Origin: a virus | Direction: 5' to 3' (one strand) | DNA length: 25,310 nt | Virus record (IMG/VR): IMGVR_UViG_3300000970_000007 | Coordinates: 1 to 25,310 of that record | Part shown: piece after piece, positions 7,172 through 14,611 of the stretch | Layout of the letters: every line of letters starts with the position of its first letter | How positions within the stretch are numbered: the stretch's first letter is position 1 | Position numbers and translations under genes: made by a program | Notes under the pieces: generated by a model | Told to the model about the DNA's origin: nothing | The model's database searches: none | Seen by the model: the letters and a program-made list of their open reading frames with translations, nothing else

Positions 7172-7801
7172 TTAGTGGAAATATAAATCTCCATTTTCTG
7201 TAAATTGTGTTTCGTCTGTATCAAATTGGTTTATAATAGCTTCATCTGAATAGTTATATTCAATATCTTGTTCAATATGTTTTAAAATATCTTCGCAATA
7301 TTCCTCAAATTTTTCAGTAGCTTTTTTTAGTATTTTATCTTGTTCACCTGAAAATTCAATATAAAAGTCATTTGTATCAAATTCAATAGTATTTTTAAGT
7401 ATATCAAATTCTAACATAAAGTAACCTTCATTATCTTTAAAATCTTTTTCTTCAATACCTAACCACTTTAAAAAGTAATAGTCATTTTGTATCTCAATAG
7501 CATTTGAAATATCAATGTATCTATTTCTATCTAAAGAGAAATAAACTTTTCTATTATTTTTTATTAAAGGTGTGTCTTTATATTTGTTATTAGTATTCAA
7601 TACTTCGTAAAAATTATCTCCAAATAAATTGGTTAATTCTTTGTGAGGTGGTTCTAGTAGGTAGCAATTATCAATAGCCCATTCAGCAAAATCATTGTTT
7701 CTGTATCTGTAATTACGTTCATACTCAATAGCTACTTGTTTAGCTTCTTCGCTTAATTCATCAAATGAATATACATTTACTGTTTTAGTTATAGTTTTCA
7801 T
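7172..7801 (-). CDS. hypothetical phage protein
   Basis: 209-aa ORF with VYSFDELSEEAKQVAIE N-terminus and YSDEAI...FTENG C-terminus. Confidence 0.85.
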   Translation of the reverse strand: MKTITKTVNVYSFDELSEEAKQVAIEYERNYRYRNNDFAEWAIDNCYLLEPPHKELTNLFGDNFYEVLNTNNKYKDTPLIKNNRKVYFSLDRNRYIDISNAIEIQNDYYFLKWLGIEEKDFKDNEGYFMLEFDILKNTIEFDTNDFYIEFSGEQDKILKKATEKFEEYCEDILKHIEQDIEYNYSDEAIINQFDTDETQFTENGDLYFH

Positions 7802-7826
7802 ATTTATTAGTTTGTAGTAAATATTT

Positions 7827-7901
7827 TCAAATATTCACTTTATAATTTGGTTTCTTTTTAAATTGCCAAATCAAAGTGTAAGTTATTGATATTGTGTCCA
7901 T
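7827..7901 (-). pseudogene. truncated paralogue of ORF 1093-1317
   Basis: MDTISITYTLIWQFKKKPNYKVNI* versus MDTISITYTLIWQFKRFPNYKVTK... Confidence 0.8.
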
Positions 7902-8011
7902 TGTATGGCTACTACAAAGAACACCCTAACAGTTACCAACAACACATATAAAACATTAAATAGCATTGTCTTTTTAAATGGTTTACCGTTTATTTCTAAA
8001 TTTAATTTCAT
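7883..8011 (-). CDS. small hydrophobic ORF starting inside site F (42 aa)
   Basis: MKLNLEINGKPFKKTMLFNVLYVLLVTVRVFFVVAIQWTQYQ*. Confidence 0.35.
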   Translation of the reverse strand: MKLNLEINGKPFKKTMLFNVLYVLLVTVRVFFVVAIQWTQYQ

Positions 8012-8068
8012 ATTTATTAATTTAAGTTATTATTCGTTTAACGTTTCATATCTGTAATCCGTTAATAC
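7932..8068 (+). repeat. attC-like site F (orphan)
   Basis: GTTACCAAC-AAC-ACATATAAAACATTAAA ... TTTAACGTTTCATATCTGT-AATCC-GTTAATAC. Confidence 0.65.
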
Positions 8069-8114
8069 TACCTTCATGATTTTTTAATAAGGTAGTCGAT
8101 ATAACCGATAATAT

Positions 8115-8711
8115 TTACTTTGTTAATTCTTCAAAGTTTGTTATTGTTATGTAGGTTTCTATATCTAAATAACTTTCATCTATTTCTTCATTTTCAGCAA
8201 TGAAGTTTAAAATAGAACCCAATTTATGTTTATGCTCTAAAGGTTCATCCCTCATAAATTCTGTAACACCATAATCATAAGATGATATAAACCCCTCTCT
8301 TGACTTATAATTTTCTTTTAAGTACTCCATAAATTGAATTTCATTATTTAGTAAATAGCTTATAATAGCTTCTTTTTTTGGTACTATAATACAATCAATA
8401 CTATCATTAGTATAATTATAATATTTTGGACTAACTAACTTTTCAAATGCAATACTTTCTACATAATCTGACAAATGCTTTTCAACTTGTTCTACTATTT
8501 CAATAGAAGTTTCTTTAAAATATGTTTCATAATCAACCTTTAAATCATCATAATCAACTTCTTTTAATCCTTTATCTTCTCTTAATTCATTTATATAATT
8601 AAGTTCAGACTTTTCTTTCCAATCACTATCGAAGTAAGGATTATTATAAAATCCAGTGAATATCGGTAAGAAAGTTTTTACTTTAGTTTGTGTAGGCGTA
8701 CTAGTTTTCAT
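8115..8711 (-). CDS. acidic hypothetical phage protein
   Basis: 198-aa ORF with LPIFTGFY and FEKLVSPKYYNYTNDSI motifs. Confidence 0.85.
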   Translation of the reverse strand: MKTSTPTQTKVKTFLPIFTGFYNNPYFDSDWKEKSELNYINELREDKGLKEVDYDDLKVDYETYFKETSIEIVEQVEKHLSDYVESIAFEKLVSPKYYNYTNDSIDCIIVPKKEAIISYLLNNEIQFMEYLKENYKSREGFISSYDYGVTEFMRDEPLEHKHKLGSILNFIAENEEIDESYLDIETYITITNFEELTK

Positions 8712-8828
8712 AATGTAGTTAATTTACTGTTTAGCTTATTTAAGCTATTACAAGGTTAATAATTGGTTGGTGGTACGAATATATCAAAATATATTTAAAG
8801 TCTCTTAAAGTTAAGATAAGTTAGTTTA

Positions 8829-9044
8829 TTATTTAACTACATAATAATCATCGGACTTTAGAAATTGTCTCCAATCATTTGTTGTATTATATAACTCGCT
8901 TTGGAACTCTTCTTTAGTTAATCTGTGAGTTCTATATTTATTAATCAAAGGTTTATTTTTATATAAATTGTTATAAGAGTAAACTCTTATTGTAAATGTT
9001 CTTTTAGAATAGTTTGGTTTTACTATTATTTCTTGGTTAGCCAT
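8829..9044 (-). CDS. hypothetical protein
   Basis: 71-aa ORF with KYRT...EEF...YNT.NDWRQFL pattern. Confidence 0.75.
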   Translation of the reverse strand: MANQEIIVKPNYSKRTFTIRVYSYNNLYKNKPLINKYRTHRLTKEEFQSELYNTTNDWRQFLKSDDYYVVK

Positions 9045-9052
9045 AAGATAAG

Positions 9053-9154
9053 TTATAGGTTTAAAAATGCGGCAGAAACTCCGTTGCGTATAGTGATACT
9101 AATTCTTTTAAAATACTTGTTACCCTTCTTTATATAAGAAGATAGAACAAACAT
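9053..9154 (-). CDS. possible 33-aa peptide
   Basis: MFVLSSYIKKGNKYFKRISITIRNGVSAAFLNL*; packed with neighbours. Confidence 0.3.
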   Translation of the reverse strand: MFVLSSYIKKGNKYFKRISITIRNGVSAAFLNL

Positions 9155-9172
9155 AATATTTAATTTTTACTT

Positions 9173-9286
9173 TTAGTACATTGACTTATTACAATTACAG
9201 TTAACACAAATAGAATCGTATTTACTTTTAACATAACCTTTACACTTAAAAGGCTTCTTAATAACAGGTTTCTTAATCTTAGTCAT
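9173..9286 (-). CDS. possible 37-aa Cys/Lys-rich peptide
   Basis: MTKIKKPVIKKPFKCKGYVKSKYDSICVNCNCNKSMY*. Confidence 0.4.
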   Translation of the reverse strand: MTKIKKPVIKKPFKCKGYVKSKYDSICVNCNCNKSMY

Positions 9287-9346
9287 AGTATTATAGTTTA
9301 TAGATTAGTTCAAAGGTAAATACAAACGTTGGATTAAAGGTATTTG

Positions 9347-9440
9347 AAAATTTACAGTTTTATTTTTTGATAAAGGTTAATATTGGTGGTAAGTTAAAAA
9401 TTTACAGTTTTATTAATTTTAAAAGGTAAATAATGGTGGT
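9347..9440. repeat. imperfect tandem repeat with 50-bp period
   Basis: AAAATTTACAGTTTTATT at 9347 and 9397; AAAGGTWAATAWTGGTGGT at 9372 and 9422. Confidence 0.85.
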
Positions 9441-9584
9441 GGTGTAATTTCCAAAAATTCTAATTAACCCACCAAACCCCTATTAACCTTACCTTTCAGA
9501 TACTTTTCAACCAGCTTTTAACTATCTTTCAGCTAAATAAAATACCTTACCACCTCTCTTATTTACCCTTTATAGCTTTATTCT

Positions 9585-9770
9585 TTAGAGTTTTTTAAAA
9601 GCTATGACGTTTGATGTTATTCCCTTAGGTTGTTTGTCTTTTAGTCTTTGTATTCTTATTCTTGGGCTTACTACTTCTGTTTTAAAAGAATGTTGATTTA
9701 GGCTTCTTTTATTATCATTTATTTTAGTTATCCACAATGGAGTTTTAGCCGCTTTTTTTGAATTTTGCAT
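9585..9770 (-). CDS. small basic hypothetical protein
   Basis: 61-aa ORF with an AT-rich leader, inside a repeat-rich region. Confidence 0.55.
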   Translation of the reverse strand: MQNSKKAAKTPLWITKINDNKRSLNQHSFKTEVVSPRIRIQRLKDKQPKGITSNVIAFKKL

Positions 9771-9831
9771 AATATTATAGTGTTTTTAGGGTATAGTTAA
9801 CCCTTTTTAGTTAAATTTTAGTTTTTGTAAG

Positions 9832-10079
9832 TACTTGATTATCAAGTAAAGTTGTTATGTTTTACACGGTGCAGACTAAACTACATATTTTAGTAGTTCA
9901 GAATATAGTTAACCCCCTACAAAGCCCATTTTACCGTTCAAATTGATATTTTACCACCAACAAATTAACTTATACCCTATTAAAAGGCTCTATTTAGGTT
10001 GAAAATATGCAATTTTAGGGTATTTTGTTAAGTTTTGATAATCAATAAGTTAGTTTAAGTTCTACACGGTGCAGACTAA
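9832..10079. repeat. two composite repeats exactly 200 bp apart
   Basis: Palindrome TTGATWATCAA centred at 9840 and 10040; TACACGGTGCAGACTAA at 9863 and 10063. Confidence 0.9.
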
Positions 10080-10165
10080 CTTTTCTTAGCTTATATAAGT
10101 GAGGTTAAAATAAGAGCAATTTAATTGAGCAAATCCCACTCTAAATTAAATTAACCCTTGACACT

Positions 10166-10318
10166 TTAGTATTTATTTGTTAGAAAGGTTAATATTTTGG
10201 AGGTGGAATTAGATTTTATTCCCTTGTTACCTTTTATAGCGTAATAGTAACTACCTATCGAATTGACTTTATATCCTAATGCTTCTATTTGTTGTATTAC
10301 TGTTTGTGCGTTGTTCAT
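10166..10318 (-). CDS. small hypothetical protein (50 aa)
   Basis: Hand translation MNNAQTVIQQIEALGYKV...FLTNKY*, immediately after the stop of 10320-10739. Confidence 0.55.
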   Translation of the reverse strand: MNNAQTVIQQIEALGYKVNSIGSYYYAIKGNKGIKSNSTSKILTFLTNKY

Positions 10319-10319
10319 C

Positions 10320-10739
10320 TTAAAGGTCGTTTAAATCTGTTTGTATTGCTTCTCTCAATTCGTTTAATGTTTCTAGGCTCATTAAATTATCCCAGTCTTT
10401 ATCTAGTATAGTATAATAGTTGCTCAATATTTCTTCGCCTAGAATATAGATGTACATATTTAAAACCTTTTCGGAACTACTAAAATCGGTGTTTACTTCT
10501 CCAAAGTTATCGTTTTCGTATTCCTTAATGGTTTCAATAGCATTAAAGATACCTCCACCACTATTAATTAGCCATTGCTCACATTGATAATAGCCTATTA
10601 AATAATAACCGCTATTGAATAGTAAATTGTGTAAATCACAACCATACACAGAATCGCTTTGCACCTCTTGAAGTTGGTCTAATGTATGTTGTAGTAATTC
10701 TTTTTTTGTTTCTGTTGTTAAATTGTTATCTAAAGTCAT
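10320..10739 (-). CDS. acidic phage early protein
   Basis: Likely start MTLDNN (ATG at 10739); motif DLHNLLFNSGYYLIGYYQCEQWL...EYENDNFGE...EKVLNMYIYILGEEIL. Confidence 0.8.
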   Translation of the reverse strand: MTLDNNLTTETKKELLQHTLDQLQEVQSDSVYGCDLHNLLFNSGYYLIGYYQCEQWLINSGGGIFNAIETIKEYENDNFGEVNTDFSSSEKVLNMYIYILGEEILSNYYTILDKDWDNLMSLETLNELREAIQTDLNDL

Positions 10740-10841
10740 ATTTCTAATTTTTAAAGGTTTACCACCTACCAAGATTAACCGCTTTGATTAATATGGTAAA
10801 TGGTTTTAAGTGGTCGAATAAATTAAAATTTACTCTTCTTG

Positions 10842-10902
10842 TGGCAAATAAGAGGTTCGAACTCTCCACTCCTATTATTTCAGAATGCTACCTAGTTTGC
10901 CA
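10842..10902 (-). ncRNA. tRNA-like mini element (acceptor stem and T-arm, no D-arm)
   Basis: Minus strand TGGCAAA...GAGAG-TTCGAAC-CTCTT-ATTTGCCA; only 28 nt between the acceptor 5' strand and the T-arm. Confidence 0.5.
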
Positions 10903-10909
10903 AAATAAA

Positions 10910-10945
10910 AAAGTGCCTACCGTAAATAAATACAATAGGCACTTT
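10910..10945 (-). terminator. hairpin followed by a U-tract (terminator or processing site)
   Basis: AAAGTGCCTA / TAGGCACTTT 10-bp stem with an adjacent A-run on the + strand. Confidence 0.55.
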
Positions 10946-11259
10946 AGTAATGTTTATTCTATCCGCTTCTTTCAACTATAAAGATAGATACTTATAGTTA
11001 TGTTTCAGAACTTAATTCTTTAGGCGATTAAGTTCCTTTTTATTGTGCCTTTTGTCTCCACAAACATTGACAATTTTTAGATGGTTTTTTAGTTGTTTCC
11101 TAACTAATGCTATTTTAATCCAATTTGCTAACTTATAGTTAGTCTTTCAAAGAACGCATTTACACTATCCTTTATTATTTGCGTGTTTTCGCTCAATACT
11201 TTAGGCTTTGCGACCCTTTTTTAGTGTTGGTACACTTTTGTAACTCTTTTGCTACACTT

Positions 11260-11291
11260 CAAAGGTAAGAATTATATTTGAATAATCCAAA
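11260..11291 (-). promoter_or_regulatory. Bacteroidota primary-sigma promoter
   Basis: Minus strand TTTG-N20-TACCTTTG, matching the -33/-7 consensus. Confidence 0.75.
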
Positions 11292-11338
11292 TCTTTTTTT
11301 TTGCTTTATTTTAGAACCGTTGTTCTAATTGCTTTATG

Positions 11339-11370
11339 TAAAGATAAGAATGTTTTTTGTTTATTCCTAA
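11339..11370 (-). promoter_or_regulatory. promoter variant
   Basis: Minus strand TTAG-N20-TATCTTTA; shares the ATTCTTA context with the 11260 promoter. Confidence 0.6.
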
Positions 11371-11428
11371 TAATTACCAATATTTATTTTTAAACTGCCT
11401 TTCACTAAAGGACTTGTTTTTGTTACTA

Positions 11429-11460
11429 TAAAGATAAGAATAATAGTTGAATAAATCTAA
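11429..11460 (-). promoter_or_regulatory. promoter variant
   Basis: Minus strand TTAG-N20-TATCTTTA. Confidence 0.6.
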
Positions 11461-11726
11461 TTTTTAAAGCTTAATTTTCGTTTTTTATCATTTAATCCAC
11501 CTATCTATATCGACCGTATGAATTATACTAAACTTACTAATAAAGAGCCACCTAAATAATTTAACTAATTTAATAGTATTAAAAAGGCTATTATCTCAAT
11601 TATTAATCGTTACCTCTGTAACACATTGTAAAGATAAGCATAATTTTTAAATAAAAAAGTAAAAAACTAAATTAATTTAAAATATTTCTGTTATCTAATG
11701 GTTGACGTTTCAACCTTACAACAATA

Positions 11727-11757
11727 CAAATATAAGTATAAATAAACGAACTACAAA
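11727..11757 (-). promoter_or_regulatory. Bacteroidota primary-sigma promoter
   Basis: Minus strand TTTG-N19-TATATTTG. Confidence 0.7.
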
Positions 11758-12012
11758 CAAATTGGCTATTATTTTTAAAAAAATTACTATTAAAACTATT
11801 AAGCTATTTAAAGCTATTATATAGATTATAACAAGTTAAGTGGTACAAAGATATAGATTAATAGTTTAGGTGGCTTAGATGTAATATAAATAAGGTTAAA
11901 GTAAGTATCACTAAGTTAATAAGGTAGTAACAAGTAATAACAAAAATAATAATCCCTAAAAGTTTTTGAAAAACTAAACCAAGTTGTAAAAAAATAAAAG
12001 GTAAGTTTTAAA

Positions 12013-12133
12013 TAGGGGGTAGTATATGGAAAACCTATTGAGAGGGGGAAGTGGAAATGTAGTACCCCCTACCCACTCACCCGATTGACCTTTTTTTGAC
12101 CTTTTTGAGTATTGACCACTCACCCGATTGACC
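12013..12133. repeat. GC-rich inverted and direct repeat cluster
   Basis: TAGGGGGTA (12013) and TACCCCCTA (12063) are inverted; CCACTCACCCGATTGACC is a direct repeat at 12073 and 12116. Confidence 0.85.
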
Positions 12134-12148
12134 AATTTTCAAAATAAA

Positions 12149-12310
12149 CTATTTCCACTTGTCTTTTTTTAAAATATTATCTTTAGCCCACAGAGGTTGT
12201 AAATTACATAAAGCATTGCATATATTAGGTGGTGTACCTTCCTTAAAAGCTGATAATGGTTTAATACCGTCTATATACCAATAACCATATTTTTCATATG
12301 TAAGAACCTT
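12149..12310 (-). pseudogene. degenerate HNH endonuclease C-terminal fragment
   Basis: KVLTYEKYGYWYIDGIKPLSAF...NALCNLQPLWAKDNILKKDKWK*, matching the WHIDHIKP...NLQPLWAxDN family pattern with His residues lost and no in-frame start. Confidence 0.7.
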
Positions 12311-12473
12311 TCATTAAAGATATTATTTGTTCTTCACCGTTTAATTTATAAGATACTGTTATATAACCATTGTGTATCTTTAGGACTTCTCCATGAAAAG
12401 CGTGTGTTATAGGTTGTTCTCCAATAACGTCAAGTTTCTTAATTTCAAAGTATACTCTTTTTCCTATGTACAT
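12294..12473 (-). CDS. small hypothetical protein (59 aa)
   Basis: Hand translation MYIGKRVYFEIKKLDV...LMKGSYI*. Confidence 0.55.
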   Translation of the reverse strand: MYIGKRVYFEIKKLDVIGEQPITHAFHGEVLKIHNGYITVSYKLNGEEQIISLMKGSYI

Positions 12474-12648
12474 ATGTTTTCTTATTAGTAGGGTTTATCA
12501 TTATTTTTATTCAATTGAGTTTATGCCGCTATTTATAATCTTGGTCTTTTATCCCACCTTACACAATGTACCTATCGCAGTAATCGCACCAGGAATTTTT
12601 CTTTCATAGTCAACTAAGATTAATTAACCAATCCTATCTAAATTAAAC

Positions 12649-12891
12649 TTACATTTTTAAATAAAGGTTCTTCAACATTGTTTGAAGAGATAACTCTTGG
12701 TTGAACTGTTGAAAGCTTTCTTCTATTTCATCTATTTTTATAACAAAAGGATTGTTGTTTATTTTTATTATTGTTTCTCCCTGTAAGTTTTGTTTTATAG
12801 TAGATCCTAGTCTTATTAATAGGTCATATTGACTCTGATTGATAGTTATTACTTTATGAGGACTTCTCTTTGATTCTAAAATGTATTTCAT
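12649..12891 (-). CDS. hypothetical protein
   Basis: 80-aa ORF in a co-oriented run. Confidence 0.7.
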   Translation of the reverse strand: MKYILESKRSPHKVITINQSQYDLLIRLGSTIKQNLQGETIIKINNNPFVIKIDEIEESFQQFNQELSLQTMLKNLYLKM

Positions 12892-12908
12892 AATTATTTT
12901 TGTTTTTA

Positions 12909-13106
12909 TTAATTTAAATTATTATTGTTCTTATTCAACTGAGTTTCTACCGCTTCTTTAGACTCTAAGTACTCTTCGAAAGCTTTAATAAGATAGTCAG
13001 CGTATCCTTCTACAAATTCTTTTTCTTTATCAACTTCTGGTTCTAATATATGGCTGACTATCTGTTCTATATTCGACCTTAATTCTTCCCAACTCATATA
13101 TTGCAT
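12909..13106 (-). CDS. small acidic hypothetical protein
   Basis: 65-aa ORF. Confidence 0.7.
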   Translation of the reverse strand: MQYMSWEELRSNIEQIVSHILEPEVDKEKEFVEGYADYLIKAFEEYLESKEAVETQLNKNNNNLN

Positions 13107-13136
13107 ATTTTAATAATCGGCAACTTATTGCCTATT

Positions 13137-13583
13137 TTACAATTGATCTATATTTACATTAATAGGATAATCCTCTTCTCTACATACAATTGTCATATAA
13201 TTTATATCATAATCGAATATAAAATGTAAATCTCTTACCCTTGATTTATCCCAATTAAAAGTAACATACGGTTTTATAACAGTACTATCTATTCTTACTC
13301 TTATATTTCCTACTTCTATTTCACTAATTGCATATTCTCCAGTATTCATTTTCCAACTAAAAGAAACTTTTGTTTCTTTATATGTTTTACCGCTTGCACT
13401 TCCAGCGAATAGAAAATATCCTGCACTCCATTCACTTTTCTCATTAGAAGAAACTTTTAATCTTCTCAATTCATGTTTACCTCTTAGAATTTCACTATTA
13501 TTATCTTTTCTCTCTAAAGGAACACAAGATTGTAGTGTTGAAAATAACACTAAGCATGATGCTAACTTTTTTAATAATTTCAT
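13137..13583 (-). CDS. putative lipoprotein
   Basis: Basic N-terminus, hydrophobic stretch and lipobox-like LQSC at Cys20. Confidence 0.7.
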   Translation of the reverse strand: MKLLKKLASCLVLFSTLQSCVPLERKDNNSEILRGKHELRRLKVSSNEKSEWSAGYFLFAGSASGKTYKETKVSFSWKMNTGEYAISEIEVGNIRVRIDSTVIKPYVTFNWDKSRVRDLHFIFDYDINYMTIVCREEDYPINVNIDQL

Positions 13584-13596
13584 AATTTTATTTTTA

Positions 13597-14082
13597 TCAA
13601 TCCCACCACCTCTCTAAATTAAACTTTAAAAAAGACCACATGATTCTTTTAGCCTTTTTTTCTTTAAGTTGTGATTCTTTGAACATTTTGTCAGAATATT
13701 CTTTAATCTCTTTAGAATTTGGTAAATTATCGTATTTTCTAAGTAACCTAGAATAGCCTGGTTGATCTTCTAAAGGTTCAAAATGAAAGTCTCTAACACC
13801 TTTACCATATTTTTGATCTACCTTATCTTGATATTCACAACTATAATCACAATCTTGTATTTTCTTGTGTAATTTTAAGAATGTTCTAATTTTCTGAGCA
13901 TTTACTTTAGCGTCAACAGTATTTGCTTTATCTGATTCTAAGTACTCAGCAGTTTTTTGTAGCTGGAAATTAAATACCTTAACAGCATAGTCATAATCAA
14001 AGTCATATTGACTCCATATTATTGGTAACCACCTAAAAATATTGCGTATTTGCCAAAGCTTTCTTTTTATCCAGTGTTTCAT
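13597..14082 (-). CDS. hypothetical phage protein
   Basis: 161-aa ORF with RWLPIIW..YDFDY N-terminal and ERWWD C-terminal motifs. Confidence 0.85.
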   Translation of the reverse strand: MKHWIKRKLWQIRNIFRWLPIIWSQYDFDYDYAVKVFNFQLQKTAEYLESDKANTVDAKVNAQKIRTFLKLHKKIQDCDYSCEYQDKVDQKYGKGVRDFHFEPLEDQPGYSRLLRKYDNLPNSKEIKEYSDKMFKESQLKEKKAKRIMWSFLKFNLERWWD

Positions 14083-14085
14083 AAT

Positions 14086-14316
14086 TTAATCTACTGCTCT
14101 TATGTCTACAATTCTAACATTTACATCTGAACCTGAAGAATCACTATATTCTTTTAACCATAATTCTGGATCTGATTTTAAGTCTTGTATTACTTCAAAA
14201 AGTTCTAAAGTTTGTTCTCCAGGAGACTTGTTTTCATATCCAGGGTTTACATGATCTTCTAAGTTTACTTCAAATCGTATAGACTCTTCTTTTTTTATTT
14301 CTACAAATATTTTCAT
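14086..14316 (-). CDS. hypothetical protein
   Basis: 76-aa ORF. Confidence 0.7.
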   Translation of the reverse strand: MKIFVEIKKEESIRFEVNLEDHVNPGYENKSPGEQTLELFEVIQDLKSDPELWLKEYSDSSGSDVNVRIVDIRAVD

Positions 14317-14356
14317 ATTTCAAATATAATACTTTTATGTTAATAATGATTATAAA

Positions 14357-14593
14357 TCAAAAAGTTTTTAGTAATTTTTCGTAAATAGGTTCTTCACTAT
14401 TTACAAACTCACCTTTTACTAACTTTTCCCAAGATTTAGAACCTTCTTTCTTCCAGTTAGTTTTTATTCCAAACCAAATAACAGTATTGTTTTCCTCTCT
14501 ACGCTCAATAGAGTAACTGTCTTCGTTAAATACTACATCGTCTTCTAATGGTTTATCTAAAACAAACCACTCTGATTTACACGTTCTTTTCAT
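14357..14593 (-). CDS. hypothetical protein
   Basis: 78-aa ORF. Confidence 0.7.
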   Translation of the reverse strand: MKRTCKSEWFVLDKPLEDDVVFNEDSYSIERREENNTVIWFGIKTNWKKEGSKSWEKLVKGEFVNSEEPIYEKLLKTF

Positions 14594-14611
14594 TTCTTAA
14601 ATTTAAAAATA

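Noticed and set aside
10784-10981. 65-aa + strand ORF
   Set aside because: TTG start, opposite to all local transcription, and overlaps the tRNA-like element and hairpin.
12480-12645. Possible gene between 12473 and 12649
   Set aside because: Only short broken frames were found on the minus strand; nothing recognisable.
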